Positions 9,846 through 20,414 are shown, numbered from the stretch's first letter. The stretch: 64,000 bases of DNA from Candidatus Latescibacterota bacterium (GCA_965204725.1 OZ242005.1:544001-608000); one strand, 5' to 3'. Notes: generated by a model not told the origin, from the sequence alone. Translations and numbers: made by a program.

Positions 9846-11611
9846 AAGGGCGATTGCTGCCGAGGGGTGGGCCGAGAGGAGTTGTCTCTCGGCCCTTTTA
9901 CTTTGCCCTGTTTGCCCTGTTTGCCTTGTTCAGCGCTTGCGGGCAAATGGCCCCTAAGACGACGCCCGGAGTGCCAACGGTCCAGATCATCCAAGAACAG
10001 CTACCCGTAGTAGGCGACAACCTGCTCGACTTGCAGTTGTTCAGGCCGGGCACGGGATCGCTCCTGCTGATCGCTGTGCTGGAGTGGGAAACTCCTTCGG
10101 GTGCCCAGCACACGGCTGAGCATCGGTTGCAAGTGCCGCGGGGGCGTCTCGTGCGCTACGCGCTGCCCTATCGGTTGGAAGAGGTTGGCATCCACCGCGC
10201 GTCCCTGCGGCTGTACGATCCAGAGCGCGACGCGCCCATCCACGCGGCCGAAGAGTTGCGCCTGTTGGCCCGCCCCGCTTGGGAGCTTTCGGGCGATCGC
10301 TCGTATTACACCGTAGAGGATGCGATTCGCTTCCGGCTGCGGCGCAATCGCCCTGACGATACGCCCATCCCCGCCACAGTCGAGTTGCGGCGCGGCATTG
10401 AGGTCTTAGATCGCGTGGAGGTAAACATGGTCGGGCCAGAGGTCTCCGGGGCCTTTGACATATACGACTTGCCCGCGGGGCGGTACTGGCTGGCGGCGCA
10501 GTGGCATGATCCGGTCGGCGGGGCCGATTCGCTCGCCGTGCCCTGCGAGAAGTTCGCGCCGGCCGCCAGCGAGGTGAAAATCGACCTGTTCAGCCAGTCC
10601 TTGCTCGTCGATGGCGAGCCGTTCTTTCCCATTGGCCTGTACTGGCTGCGGGCGGATATTCTCGCCCCCATGCGCCAACTGCATTTCAATTCCGGCGATT
10701 ACTTCTACAAGTTGCGCGGCGAAGAAATTGCCGAGCTGATGGACGAGGCGGCTGCGGCGGGAATGTACATCCTGCTGGAGCTAACCGAGTACGCGCGGCG
10801 GCGGCCCGAGCCAGACTACCGGGCCATTGCTGCTATGGTCGAGCGGTATCGGCAGCATCCAGCGCTGCTGGCTTGGTACATCGTCGATGAGCCGGGAGAA
10901 ACCAAGATGGATCCGGCCGCGGCTGAGGCCATATACGAGCTCGTGCGGAAGCGCGACCCCTATCACCCGACCTATTTGGTCAACAACCGGCCGAAGCTAT
11001 ACGCGACATATTCCGGGGCCAGCGATATTCTGGCCATAGACGTCTATCCGATCCCGAATTACCCCATCAGCCGAGTGCGCGACTCCATGCAGCAGGCGCG
11101 CTGGACTTCGCTGGAGCGAAAACCCGTCTGGTTGGTCGCCCAAGCCTTTGGCGGCGTGGAGCACTGGCCGCGCTCGCCGACAGCGACCGAGTTGCGGAAC
11201 ATGATCTACCAAGGGCTGGTCGGGGGGGCCAAGGGCGTGTTGTTTTACCGCTATTGCCAAGAGAACGAACGCCACATTCAGCCCTTGGCGCTGTGGCGAG
11301 AAGTGCAGCGCCTCGCGGCCGAGCTTGCCGAGTTGGGGCCGGTGCTCTTGCAGGAGGAGCATCGCTTGGAGGCGGCCGGTGGCGGGGTCGAAGTGGCGGT
11401 CAAAGAATACAAACGCGATTTTTACGTCTTTGCCGTCAACGTCGCCGAAGAGCCGCGGCGGCTCGATTTGCGCTTGGCCGGCTTGCCGCCTATGAGGCGA
11501 GCCGAAGTACTCCACGGACAAGCGGTCCCAACGCTGGCCAACGGACGGCTCGCGGCCGAGCTCGGGCCGCTGGGCACGGCGGTTTTTCGGTTGCAGACCG
11601 CGGGCATTTGA
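9842..11611 (+). CDS. Hypothetical lipoprotein with glycoside-hydrolase-like TIM barrel
   Basis: Lipobox FSAC; LLVDGEPFFPIGLY, HPALLAWYIVDEP, DILAIDVYP and KPVWLVAQAF blocks resemble clan-A GH-like proteins. Confidence 0.6.
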   Translation: MKGRLLPRGGPRGVVSRPFYFALFALFALFSACGQMAPKTTPGVPTVQIIQEQLPVVGDNLLDLQLFRPGTGSLLLIAVLEWETPSGAQHTAEHRLQVPRGRLVRYALPYRLEEVGIHRASLRLYDPERDAPIHAAEELRLLARPAWELSGDRSYYTVEDAIRFRLRRNRPDDTPIPATVELRRGIEVLDRVEVNMVGPEVSGAFDIYDLPAGRYWLAAQWHDPVGGADSLAVPCEKFAPAASEVKIDLFSQSLLVDGEPFFPIGLYWLRADILAPMRQLHFNSGDYFYKLRGEEIAELMDEAAAAGMYILLELTEYARRRPEPDYRAIAAMVERYRQHPALLAWYIVDEPGETKMDPAAAEAIYELVRKRDPYHPTYLVNNRPKLYATYSGASDILAIDVYPIPNYPISRVRDSMQQARWTSLERKPVWLVAQAFGGVEHWPRSPTATELRNMIYQGLVGGAKGVLFYRYCQENERHIQPLALWREVQRLAAELAELGPVLLQEEHRLEAAGGGVEVAVKEYKRDFYVFAVNVAEEPRRLDLRLAGLPPMRRAEVLHGQAVPTLANGRLAAELGPLGTAVFRLQTAGI

Positions 11612-11664
11612 ACAGGTGATCCACTGGCCCTTTGGAGCCGGTTCGGTTAAAGGAGAAGGGAGCT

Positions 11665-12153
11665 ATGGCCAAAAAGGTGGCCCTCAACAAGCGAGAGCGC
11701 GAGAAAATGAAGAAGATGCTCTTGGTGCGTCGCGCTGAATTGCTCAGCGATTTGGACGGCACCGAGCACGAGATTGACGAGCTGCAAGACCCCAAGGCCG
11801 ACGATCTAGATCGAGCGGTTGAGGCTGGAGCCATGGAGCTGTTGGTCGCTCTGGGCGATACCGAGCGCCGCGAACTGGAGGAGGTCATGCTGGCGCTCGA
11901 AAAGCTGGACAGCACGACCTACGGCAAGTGCGAAGCCTGCCTTGAAAAGCCCTTAAACCTGTGCCCGACCTGTCCGTTTATTCCCAAGCCGCGCTTGGAG
12001 GCGCTGCCTACGGCCCGGCTGTGCGTGTCCTGTCAGGAGGCCGAGGAGCAAAACCGGATTCCATCCTATACCCGGCTGCGCCCGCGGCGGATGTTTGGCG
12101 AGGACATAGAAGAGTTTTCGCATCCCCTGATGGATTCAGAGGACGACCGATAG
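11665..12153 (+). CDS. TraR/DksA-family transcription factor with an expanded Cys cluster
   Basis: Coiled-coil tip D.LDRA, YGKCEAC, RLEALPTARLCVSCQE; AGGAG/GGAG-type RBS before ATG 11665. Confidence 0.85.
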   Translation: MAKKVALNKREREKMKKMLLVRRAELLSDLDGTEHEIDELQDPKADDLDRAVEAGAMELLVALGDTERRELEEVMLALEKLDSTTYGKCEACLEKPLNLCPTCPFIPKPRLEALPTARLCVSCQEAEEQNRIPSYTRLRPRRMFGEDIEEFSHPLMDSEDDR

Positions 12154-12180
12154 GCTCCATTATTCGAGTCGAGCTAAAGA

Positions 12181-12221
12181 AAGGGCGGCCTAAGCGGGTG
12201 TTAGCAGCTTGGGCCGCCCTT
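12181..12221. terminator. Probable bidirectional intrinsic terminator
   Basis: Inverted repeat AAGGGCGGCCTAAGC...GCTTGGGCCGCCCTT between convergent genes. Confidence 0.7.
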
Positions 12222-12248
12222 GTATTTGGAGTGGGATTGAGTGAGAAG

Positions 12249-13688
12249 CTAAGGAGCCAGTTCTTTGAGCTCGGCCATCGTGGCGAGCCGGGCGTTTTTG
12301 AGCTGGCGCTGGTAGCCTATAACCGCGCCTAGGGCGTTGATCTGGGCCTGAGTCAAATTGCCTTGGGCTTGGAGCAATTGTTGGCTGTCGGCCAAGCCGA
12401 GTTCAAAGCGGCTCTGCTCGACGTCGTAGGTGCGCTGGGCAAATTCGAGGGCGGCTTGGCGCAGGTCAATCTGGCGCTCGGCCTCGTGGACGCGGCGCGT
12501 GGCGTCGCGGATCTCCTGAATGATTTGGCGGCGCTGCTGCTCGCGGGTGATGCGGCTTTGCTCCAAGTCGATGCGCGCTTGGCTGACGTTGGCGCGCCGC
12601 TGGCCGCTGTCGACCAGCGGCAGGATGACCCTCAGCTCGACTCCCCACCGATTGCGCTCAAAGTTGTCGCGGATCGCGCCGATTTCGTCGCCGTGCCCCC
12701 GCATGCTGACGTTGGCGCCAAACGTCGCGTTAATGCCGTTGCGGCGGCGGGTGTTTTTTAGCTCCAACGCACGGATTTCCGCAAAAATTTCGGCTCGTTT
12801 CATATCGGTGCGGCGCGCCAAGCCAATTTCAAGGGCGCGTTCAAGGTCAATGGGGTGAATCTCGTACTGGACCTCGGTGTCGATTTCGAGCGGGGCCCAC
12901 ACGTCGGTCCCCAAGGTCTCGCGGAGTATGTCGCGGCGCAATTCGATGTTGGTCTGGGCTTGGTCGTACGTGGCCTCGGCCTGTAGCATCTCCACCTGTA
13001 AGCGCAGGGCTTCCACTTCGGCGATGAGGCCGACCTCAAATTTTCGTTGTGCCAGCTCCAAATTGGCGCGCGATTGCTCTAGGCGCTGCTGCTCTATTTC
13101 GAGTTCGCGGACGCTCTGCACCAAATTGTAGTAATCGTCAATGACTTGCCCCTCTAGCTGGAGCCGCTGGCGGTCGAATTGGAGGCGGGCGCTTTGCAAG
13201 CCGTGCTCGGCCTGCTTGAGTGCGATCTCCTCGCTGGGCTGGCCGAGGATGTCGCGCTCGTAAGAAAGGCGCATCGAACCCGAATAGTCGAGGAAGTCGG
13301 CGCGGCGATTGGACGAGAAGTCGCGGCGCAGGGCCGCAGAGTTCAGGGTGAATTGCCCGAGGTGGCGCAGGCGCTGGGTCATGCGGATATTGCCCGAGTA
13401 CAAGACATCGGAGCTCTCTTCGCGGACTCGGGTTTCGAGGGCGATGTTTTCTTGGGTATCGCTCAGCCCCGTAAAGCTGGGGACGGTGACGTCGGCGTTC
13501 ATGTTAAAGGCAAAGGGCGCCCGCGCCGTCGTGAGCTGGGCGCGGCTGCTGGCTAGGGTTTGTTGGTCCCTTTGGTGTTGCAAGTTGTTTTGCATGGCCA
13601 AGTCAATGCACTCTTGCAGCGAGAGCACCTCGGCTGTAGAGCCGGTGGAGGCGATTAGCAAACCGACCAGTGCCCATTGGTATTTCAT
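12249..13688 (-). CDS. TolC-family outer-membrane efflux protein
   Basis: Signal peptide, LSLQECIDLAMQNN, two OEP-like repeats (YYNLV...KFEVGL; SRFELGL..QQLLQAQ). Confidence 0.85.
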   Translation of the reverse strand: MKYQWALVGLLIASTGSTAEVLSLQECIDLAMQNNLQHQRDQQTLASSRAQLTTARAPFAFNMNADVTVPSFTGLSDTQENIALETRVREESSDVLYSGNIRMTQRLRHLGQFTLNSAALRRDFSSNRRADFLDYSGSMRLSYERDILGQPSEEIALKQAEHGLQSARLQFDRQRLQLEGQVIDDYYNLVQSVRELEIEQQRLEQSRANLELAQRKFEVGLIAEVEALRLQVEMLQAEATYDQAQTNIELRRDILRETLGTDVWAPLEIDTEVQYEIHPIDLERALEIGLARRTDMKRAEIFAEIRALELKNTRRRNGINATFGANVSMRGHGDEIGAIRDNFERNRWGVELRVILPLVDSGQRRANVSQARIDLEQSRITREQQRRQIIQEIRDATRRVHEAERQIDLRQAALEFAQRTYDVEQSRFELGLADSQQLLQAQGNLTQAQINALGAVIGYQRQLKNARLATMAELKELAP

Positions 13689-13864
13689 TGCAGAACCCCT
13701 ACGTAATCGGATGGCGAGTGAGATGCAGTGGTTGTCTGTAATTATACGACACGCGTTTTACTATTGCCAACCGCACCGCGTGGGCGGCACCCATTTTTCG
13801 GCCGTGCGTTTTATACGTACTTTAATGGACTTAAACATACCGCGAATTTACAAGGAGCTATACC

Positions 13865-14614
13865 ATGCCCACCCTCACCTCGCAAGCACTCGCGTCCGAA
13901 AAAACCGCTGCCGACCTCGCGGTCAAAATTTTTGCCGACGGGGCCGACCGCGCTAGCATGTTGGCTAGCTATGCCAATCCGCTCGTTGCTGGGTTTACGA
14001 CCAATCCCACCTTGATGCGCCAAGCGGGCGTCACCGACTACCGGGCCTTTGCCCGCGACATCGTCGCGGCCATTCCCGACCGCCCCATTTCCTTTGAAGT
14101 CTTTTCAGACGAGTTCGGCGACATGGAGCGCCAAGCCCACGAGATCGCCACTTGGGGCGAAAACGTGTACGCCAAAATTCCCGTCAGCAACACCAAGGGC
14201 GAGGTCAGCTACGACTTAGTCCATCGGCTGTCTCAAGGCGGGGTCAAGGTGAACGTCACGGCGATTTTTCTGCTCGACCAAGTGCGAGAAGTAGCGGCCG
14301 CAGTCGAGGGCGGGGCGCCGTGCTGCGTGTCGGTCTTTGCCGGCCGCATCGCCGATGCCGGGCTCGACTACATGCCGGTCATGGCCGAATCGGTCGAGCT
14401 GCTCGCGCCCAATCCCCGCGCCGAGCTTATATGGGCCAGCCCCCGCGAAGTGTACAATGTCGTCCAAGCCGACCGCATCGGCTGCCACATCATCACCTGC
14501 ACCAGCGACATCATCAAAAAGCTGCCGACCTTGGGCAAGGAACTGGGGCGGTTCTCGCTAGAGACGGTACAGACCTTTTACGCGGATGCCACGGCGGCCG
14601 GCTACAGCCTGTGA
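13865..14614 (+). CDS. tal: Transaldolase (small type)
   Basis: IFADGAD, GFTTNPTLM, ISFEV, NVYAKIP, VNVTAIF, SVFAGRIAD motifs. Confidence 0.88.
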   Translation: MPTLTSQALASEKTAADLAVKIFADGADRASMLASYANPLVAGFTTNPTLMRQAGVTDYRAFARDIVAAIPDRPISFEVFSDEFGDMERQAHEIATWGENVYAKIPVSNTKGEVSYDLVHRLSQGGVKVNVTAIFLLDQVREVAAAVEGGAPCCVSVFAGRIADAGLDYMPVMAESVELLAPNPRAELIWASPREVYNVVQADRIGCHIITCTSDIIKKLPTLGKELGRFSLETVQTFYADATAAGYSL

Positions 14615-14622
14615 ACCGGCCG

Positions 14623-15207
14623 ATGAATTACACCCAACAGTACTTGGCCGCGGTCGCTCAAGTCATTGAGCAGCTCGACCACAAGGAGATCGAAGCGATG
14701 GTGCGGCTCTGCGTCGAGACCCGGCAGCGCGGGGGGCGGCTTTTTATTCTCGGAGTGGGGGGCAGCGCGGGCAATGCGAGCCACGCGGTCAACGACTTTC
14801 GCAAGATCGCGGGTATAGAGTCTTATGCACCGACGGACAACGTCTCGGAGCTAACGGCGCGCATCAACGACGAGGGCTGGGATACGAGCTTTGCCAACTG
14901 GCTCAAGGGCAGCCGCTTAAACGAAAAGGATCTGGTCTTGGTCTTGTCGGTCGGCGGTGGCAATCGCCCGCTGAACACAAGCGTCAATTTGGTTGTAGCG
15001 CTGGAGTACGCCAAAGAGGTCGGCGCCAAAATCTGCGGCATCGTGGGGCGCGATGGCGGCTTTACCGCCCAAGTCGCCGATGCCTGCGCGATTGTGCCGA
15101 CCGTCGCCCCGGATGCGGTCACGCCGCTGACGGAATCCTTCCAAGCCGTTATATGGCATTTAATTGTCTCGCATCCCGAGGTGCAAGTGGAGCGCACCCG
15201 ATGGTAG
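14623..15207 (+). CDS. SIS-domain sugar phosphate isomerase (phosphoheptose isomerase GmhA-like)
   Basis: GVGGSAGNASHAVND, TARINDEG, LSVGGG..SVN, E..Q..IWH motifs; ATG at 14623. Confidence 0.82.
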   Translation: MNYTQQYLAAVAQVIEQLDHKEIEAMVRLCVETRQRGGRLFILGVGGSAGNASHAVNDFRKIAGIESYAPTDNVSELTARINDEGWDTSFANWLKGSRLNEKDLVLVLSVGGGNRPLNTSVNLVVALEYAKEVGAKICGIVGRDGGFTAQVADACAIVPTVAPDAVTPLTESFQAVIWHLIVSHPEVQVERTRW

Positions 15208-15229
15208 CGTTCACAACGAGAGGCTGAAC

Positions 15230-16282
15230 ATGTCTGCGGTCGTCCAAGGCTTGCGCCAATTTTTGCACTGCTATGTTCCACAACTAGAACAGGAGATGCG
15301 CTCGTTCCTCGTCGTGCGCGAGCCCGAGGAATTGCTGTACCGGCTGATGCGCGACTACCCAGAGCGCGGCGGCAAGCGCTTCCGCCCGGTGCTGGTGCTC
15401 TTGGCGTGCCAAGCCTGCGGCGGCGACGTGAAGAAAGCCATGCGGACGGCGGTGGCCTTTGAGATGTTTCAGTCGTTTGCCGTGGTCCACGACGATATTG
15501 AAGACGATTCGGAGATGCGGCGCGGCCAGCCCTGCTTGCACAAGCTGCACGGCATCCCATTGACCATCAACGTCGGCGATGCCCTGTACGCCAAAGTCTT
15601 TGAAATCCTCAGCGGGAACCGCGCGGTGTTAGGCCCGGAGGTCGCGCTCGATTTGATCGACGAGATGATCCGCGGCTCGTGCGAGACGTTTGAAGGGCAG
15701 GCTTATGACGTCGGCTGGATTCGCCAGCACTACATTCCCAGCGAGGTCGAGTTTATGACCATGTTGCGGAAAAAGACCGGGTGGTACACCGGCCGAGGGC
15801 CGTGTACGGCCGGGGCGATTATCGCCGGTGCCCAGACGGAGTTGCGCGCTGGTCTCGGCGACTTTGGCGAGGCCATGGCCATCGCGTTCCAGCTCCGCGA
15901 CGACCTACTCAACATGTGCTCTTCCGAACAAGACGCCGGTTCAGCGCCCGGGATTACTTCCGGGGCCTACGGCAAGGAGCGGGGGGGAGATATTGCAGAA
16001 GGGAAGCGGACCTTGATTATCATCGACCTATTGGGCAAATGCACGGCCGCGGAGCGCGAGGAGGTGCTGGCGATCTTGCACCAAGAGCGGCACCGCAACA
16101 CGGCGGCCGAGATCGAGCGCGTTATCTCCTTAGTCGAGCACTACGAATGCGACCGCTACGTCGAGCGCGTGTGCCAGCAGAAGGCCGAAGAGAGCCGGGC
16201 GCACCTAGCGCGGCTTCCGGCCAACCCGGCGCGCGATATGCTCGGAGAGATGCTAGACTTTCTGGTGCGACGCACCTTTTAA
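15230..16282 (+). CDS. Polyprenyl (geranylgeranyl-type) diphosphate synthase
   Basis: GGKRFRP, FARM HDDIEDD..RRG, GQAYD, KKTG, SARM FQLRDDLLN, GKE.GGDIAEGKRT. Confidence 0.88.
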   Translation: MSAVVQGLRQFLHCYVPQLEQEMRSFLVVREPEELLYRLMRDYPERGGKRFRPVLVLLACQACGGDVKKAMRTAVAFEMFQSFAVVHDDIEDDSEMRRGQPCLHKLHGIPLTINVGDALYAKVFEILSGNRAVLGPEVALDLIDEMIRGSCETFEGQAYDVGWIRQHYIPSEVEFMTMLRKKTGWYTGRGPCTAGAIIAGAQTELRAGLGDFGEAMAIAFQLRDDLLNMCSSEQDAGSAPGITSGAYGKERGGDIAEGKRTLIIIDLLGKCTAAEREEVLAILHQERHRNTAAEIERVISLVEHYECDRYVERVCQQKAEESRAHLARLPANPARDMLGEMLDFLVRRTF

Positions 16283-16298
16283 TCGGTTCGGAGGGGGT

Positions 16299-17048
16299 TT
16301 AGTGTTCTTTGATGCTGCCCATCTGGATCTCGATGTCCTCGCGGTTGGCTACCCGCTCTAGCTGGCCATCGCGGATCCAAGCCATGCGGTCGGCCGCGGT
16401 GAGCATTTTGTCGTCGTGGGTCACGGTAATGATCGTCGTCCCCATCTCCTGTTGCAGGCTTTTCATGTAGTTGATGATTTCCTGCCCGGTGTTGCTGTCG
16501 AGGTTGCCGGTCGGCTCGTCGGCGAGGATGATGCGCGGCTTGTTGACAAACGCGCGGGCAATGGCTACGCGCTGCTGCTGACCGCCCGACAGCTCGGAGG
16601 GGATGTGGTGCGCCCTATCGTCTAGGCCGACGATCTTCAAACATTCCATGGCCCGCCTTTCGCCCTCGGCCGTGGTCATGCCGGCAAACACCGTGGGCAG
16701 CGACACGTTCATCAGCGCGCTCATCACCGGCAGAAGGTTGTAGGTCTGAAAAATGTACCCCAGCTCAAAACAACGCACGGCCGCTAGCTGCTGCGCGTTG
16801 AGCGTCGCCAGATTGACCCCCTCGATGAGCACCTCGCCGTCGGTGGGCGTCTGCAGGGCGCCGATCATGTTGAACAGCGTGCTCTTCCCCGACCCAGAAG
16901 GCCCCATAATGGCGAAAAATTCGTTTTCGTACACCTGTATGCTCAAACCGCGCAGCGCGTGAACATGCGTTGATTCATCGCGGTTTTTGGCGTTGTAAAC
17001 CATCTTGACTTCTTGGACATCGACGATCACATCGCGGCCATTTAACAT
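16299..17048 (-). CDS. ABC transporter ATP-binding protein (LolD/MacB-type)
   Basis: [38 protein letters not shown]; AGGAG RBS before ATG 17048. Confidence 0.9.
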   Translation of the reverse strand: MLNGRDVIVDVQEVKMVYNAKNRDESTHVHALRGLSIQVYENEFFAIMGPSGSGKSTLFNMIGALQTPTDGEVLIEGVNLATLNAQQLAAVRCFELGYIFQTYNLLPVMSALMNVSLPTVFAGMTTAEGERRAMECLKIVGLDDRAHHIPSELSGGQQQRVAIARAFVNKPRIILADEPTGNLDSNTGQEIINYMKSLQQEMGTTIITVTHDDKMLTAADRMAWIRDGQLERVANREDIEIQMGSIKEH

Positions 17049-17133
17049 AACGCACTCCTGCTTTGATATTGCTGTTTCAAGAGGGATCAATCTAAAATGG
17101 ACCCCGCGGCCGGTCAAACTTGGCGCGTGGCCT

Positions 17134-19128
17134 TCAACTCACCTGCTGATCCTTGAGCCGCGTGATTTCATCGCGCAGATGCGCGGCTTTTTCAAACTCC
17201 AAATTGGTCGCCGCGGCCTTCATTTGCTGCTCCAAGTCGGCGAGCAGCTCGGCTTGGTCTTCTATTTCTTGATAGTTGACCGTTGGCTCGGCGGCCACTT
17301 CGGGTGCCGGGCCGCGCACGCTTTCGAGCACTGAGGTCGCTTGGATGATCTCTTCCCGACTGCGGTATATGGTCTCCGGCACGATGGCGTACTCGGCGTT
17401 GTACGCCTCCTGCTTGTGGCGGCGGCGATAGGTCTCGTCTATGGCCTTCTGCATCGAATTGGTGACGTGGTCGGCGTAAAAGATAACCTGGCCGGCCGCG
17501 TTGCGGGCCGCGCGGCCAATGGTTTGGATCAGCGCGGTCTCCGAGCGCAAAAAGCCCTCCTTGCTGGCGTCGAGCACGGCCACCAGCGAGACCTCGGGCA
17601 AGTCCAAGCCTTCGCGCAATAGGTTGATTCCCACCAGCACGTCAAACGCCCCTAAGCGCAGGTCGCGGAGGATTTCGACGCGGTCCAAGGTCTCGATATC
17701 CGAATGCAGGTAGCGCACTCGGATGTCGAGCTGTTCAAAGTAGTCGGCGAGGTTTTCGGCCATGCGCTTGGTCATGGTCGTGACCAAGACCCGCTCGCGC
17801 CTTTCGGCCCGCAGCCTAATCTCCTCGACGAGGTCGTCTATTTGCCCCTCTTGGGTCCGCACCTCAATGGAGGGATCGACCAACCCGGTGGGCCGGATCA
17901 CCTGCTCGACCACCACGCCGCCCGACTGCTTCAGCTCGTACTCGGCGGGCGTGGCGGACACGAAAACCGTCCATCCCATCCGCTCTTCAAATTCCTTGAA
18001 GACCAGCGGCCGATTGTCGTACGCCGATGGCAGCCGGAAGCCGTGCTCGACCAAGGTCTCCTTGCGCGAGCGGTCGCCGCGAAACATGCCGCGGATCTGC
18101 GGCACCGTAACGTGCGACTCGTCGATAAAGAGCAGGTAATCCTCGGGGAAGTAATCGAGCAACACATAAGGCGCGGAATCCGGCTGGCGACCGTCCATGT
18201 AGCGCGAGTAGTTTTCGATCCCCGGGCAGAAGCCGACTTCGCGGATGAGTTCCAAGTCGTATTTGGTGCGCGTCTCCAGCCGATGCGCCTCCACCAGCTT
18301 ATTTTCAGTACGCAGGTCGAGGAGATGACGCTCCAGCTCGACGAGGATTTGCTCGCAGGCTTGCTCGGTCCGCTCCTCGTCGGTCACGTAGGCTTTGGCC
18401 GGAAATAGGCTGATGTGTTCGCGCGGCTCCAGCACGTTGCCGGTGAGCGCGTCAATCAGGTAAATCCCTTCGATCTCGTCGCCAAACATCTCAATGCGCA
18501 CGGCGCGGTCTTCCGACCCGGGCACGATCTCGACGATATCGCCTCGCACCCGAAAGCAGCCGCGTTGCAGCTCAAGGTCGTTGCGGCTGTAATAGATGTC
18601 TATTAAGGCGCGCAAGATGTCGTCGCGCTCGATTTGATCGCCTCGTCGCAGGGAGACCTTCTGCTTGTCGTAGTCGCGGGGCGAGCCAATGCCGTAGATG
18701 CACGAGACGGTGGCGACGACGACCACGTCGCGGCGCTGCAGCAGGGCACTGATGGCCTTGAGCCGCAGCCGGTCGATCTCCTCGTTGCGCTCGACCTCCT
18801 TTTCGATGTACGTGTCCGTGCTCGGCTTGTAGGCTTCGGGCTGATAGTAGTCGTAGTAGCTGACGAAATACTCAACTGCGTTGTCGGGAAAGTATCCCTT
18901 GAGTTCGCCGTAGAGCTGGGCGGCCAGCGTCTTGTTGTGCGAGATGACCAAAGCCGGCATCTGCAACTCTTTGATGACGTTGGCCATCGTGAAGGTTTTG
19001 CCGCTGCCAGTCACGCCCAAAAGCGTCTGGCGGGCGTGCTGCTGCCGCACCCCCTCGGCTAGCTCGGCGATGGCTTGGGGTTGGTCGCCTGCGGGCGCGT
19101 ATTCGGAAATTAGCTTGAACTGCTCCAT
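17134..19128 (-). CDS. uvrB: Excinuclease ABC subunit UvrB
   Basis: [50 protein letters not shown]-terminal UVR motif; GAGG RBS before ATG 19128. Confidence 0.97.
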   Translation of the reverse strand: MEQFKLISEYAPAGDQPQAIAELAEGVRQQHARQTLLGVTGSGKTFTMANVIKELQMPALVISHNKTLAAQLYGELKGYFPDNAVEYFVSYYDYYQPEAYKPSTDTYIEKEVERNEEIDRLRLKAISALLQRRDVVVVATVSCIYGIGSPRDYDKQKVSLRRGDQIERDDILRALIDIYYSRNDLELQRGCFRVRGDIVEIVPGSEDRAVRIEMFGDEIEGIYLIDALTGNVLEPREHISLFPAKAYVTDEERTEQACEQILVELERHLLDLRTENKLVEAHRLETRTKYDLELIREVGFCPGIENYSRYMDGRQPDSAPYVLLDYFPEDYLLFIDESHVTVPQIRGMFRGDRSRKETLVEHGFRLPSAYDNRPLVFKEFEERMGWTVFVSATPAEYELKQSGGVVVEQVIRPTGLVDPSIEVRTQEGQIDDLVEEIRLRAERRERVLVTTMTKRMAENLADYFEQLDIRVRYLHSDIETLDRVEILRDLRLGAFDVLVGINLLREGLDLPEVSLVAVLDASKEGFLRSETALIQTIGRAARNAAGQVIFYADHVTNSMQKAIDETYRRRHKQEAYNAEYAIVPETIYRSREEIIQATSVLESVRGPAPEVAAEPTVNYQEIEDQAELLADLEQQMKAAATNLEFEKAAHLRDEITRLKDQQVS

Positions 19129-19194
19129 GAACCCTCCTCGCTGGGCGGCCAATCTAGCCGAGTGGCAGCACCCTGTCAATCCGTCCGCGAGCGA

Positions 19195-19235
19195 TGGTGA
19201 CACGATAACACAAATTTGCTGCCATCGTGTCGCCA
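19195..19235. promoter_or_regulatory. Inverted repeat, candidate activator-binding site (UAS)
   Basis: TGGTGACACGAT-N17-ATCGTGTCGCCA (11/12 arm match), about 90-130 bp upstream of the sigma54 motif. Confidence 0.4.
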
Positions 19236-19321
19236 AGAGGCGATTTGCAAATTTCCGCTGATTTGCATTTAATTATTTAGAAACAAGGGGTTATAGATTT
19301 TTTACATATTAAAGCGACGTA

Positions 19322-19337
19322 TGGCACGAGACTTGCT
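19322..19337 (+). promoter_or_regulatory. Sigma54 (-24/-12) promoter
   Basis: TGGCACGAGACTTGCT matches the TGGCACG-N4-TTGCW consensus; IHF-like AAACAAGGGGTTA at 19281-19293 in an AT-rich spacer. Confidence 0.7.
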
Positions 19338-19415
19338 ATATAATCTCTTGGACGCCGTAGGCTGGAGAGACCAGATAGCGGCGGCTGGCCGATAACCATA
19401 AGAAGGAGAATCATT

Positions 19416-20414
19416 ATGTTAGAACAACGCTGCTTTGTCTTTCGCATAGCTTCCCATGTCGATTTTGTTCAGGATGAGTTGAGGCGAGGACGCCTGCGCC
19501 AAGGCTGGTCTCCTCAGGGAACCTCTCTCTTGAATGCCGATGGCAGCAAGCGGAGTAAGGAAGAATGGACGCAATCCTACGAGGATGCGTGGAACGAATC
19601 CCCCAGCTCTCGGCGGTATGCGACACTGCACCGCATGCTGAATATGAATAAGGGCGATCTGATTTTTATCCCCAAGCTCCCGACCTACGAGCATTTCACC
19701 ATTGCTGAGGTGAGCAGAGGCTACCAATTTGAAATGGCTCCAGATCAGGAAGATTTTGGGCATATCATCCCTGTGAAGAACCAACAGGTAGTCGCCAATT
19801 GGTACAACCAAGATTCCCAGACGATCCACGAGTTGTTCAGGAGTGCGTTTTTCCGGCCACCAGTTACTCAAGTTCAAGACTATAATACTGAAAGAGTGCT
19901 TTCTGCTGCGAAACGGTTGCTGAATGAGGAGAATACGGATGCTCCTCAAGATCCTAATACAATCAGGAAACATCGATACAATGAAGGCAGGAAGAAGGCT
20001 GCAGAATCCTTGATGGAATATGTCAACAACGAGTGGGGGCATGACCAATTCGAGGCCGCCGTAGGGGAAGCCTTTGAACAAAAAGGGTATGAGCTACTCA
20101 GAAGCAAGAGTACGCGAAACGGTGGAGACGCAGATCATGTGTTTTCTCTGCCCATGCCCGGGTTTGACGATCTGGCTTTGTTGGAACGTACCCCTTTGCT
20201 CATTGTGCAGGTCAAGCACAAAACAGGCACAGACTATGGAGATGTTAAAGGGGTGAATCAGTTGGTCGATTGGATGCCTGATGAAGGGGAGGAAGTGCTG
20301 TACAGGGTGCTGTTCAGCAGCGCGGAGTCTTTCACTGAGGGTTGCAAGAGGATCGCGGAAGCAAAAGACGTCATATTGATTTGTGGTACTGAGGCTGGGC
20401 TGTTCATGCTTTAA
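19416..20414 (+). CDS. Mrr-like restriction endonuclease (PD-(D/E)XK)
   Basis: FEAAVGEAF..KGY, GGDADH, IVQVKHK (QxK) C-terminal domain; visibly lower GC than flanks; AAGGAG RBS. Confidence 0.72.
   Translation: MLEQRCFVFRIASHVDFVQDELRRGRLRQGWSPQGTSLLNADGSKRSKEEWTQSYEDAWNESPSSRRYATLHRMLNMNKGDLIFIPKLPTYEHFTIAEVSRGYQFEMAPDQEDFGHIIPVKNQQVVANWYNQDSQTIHELFRSAFFRPPVTQVQDYNTERVLSAAKRLLNEENTDAPQDPNTIRKHRYNEGRKKAAESLMEYVNNEWGHDQFEAAVGEAFEQKGYELLRSKSTRNGGDADHVFSLPMPGFDDLALLERTPLLIVQVKHKTGTDYGDVKGVNQLVDWMPDEGEEVLYRVLFSSAESFTEGCKRIAEAKDVILICGTEAGLFML

Noticed and set aside
9903-9931. 9-bp tandem repeat (TTTGCCCTG)
   Set aside because: In-frame FAL repeat in a signal peptide h-region; length changes would not shift the frame.
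17040-17067. ATTTAACATAA, a perfect reverse-complement XerD arm of the E. coli dif site
   Set aside because: No XerC arm at the 6-bp spacing; the sequence is the RBS and first codons (ATG TTA AAT) of the ABC ATPase gene.
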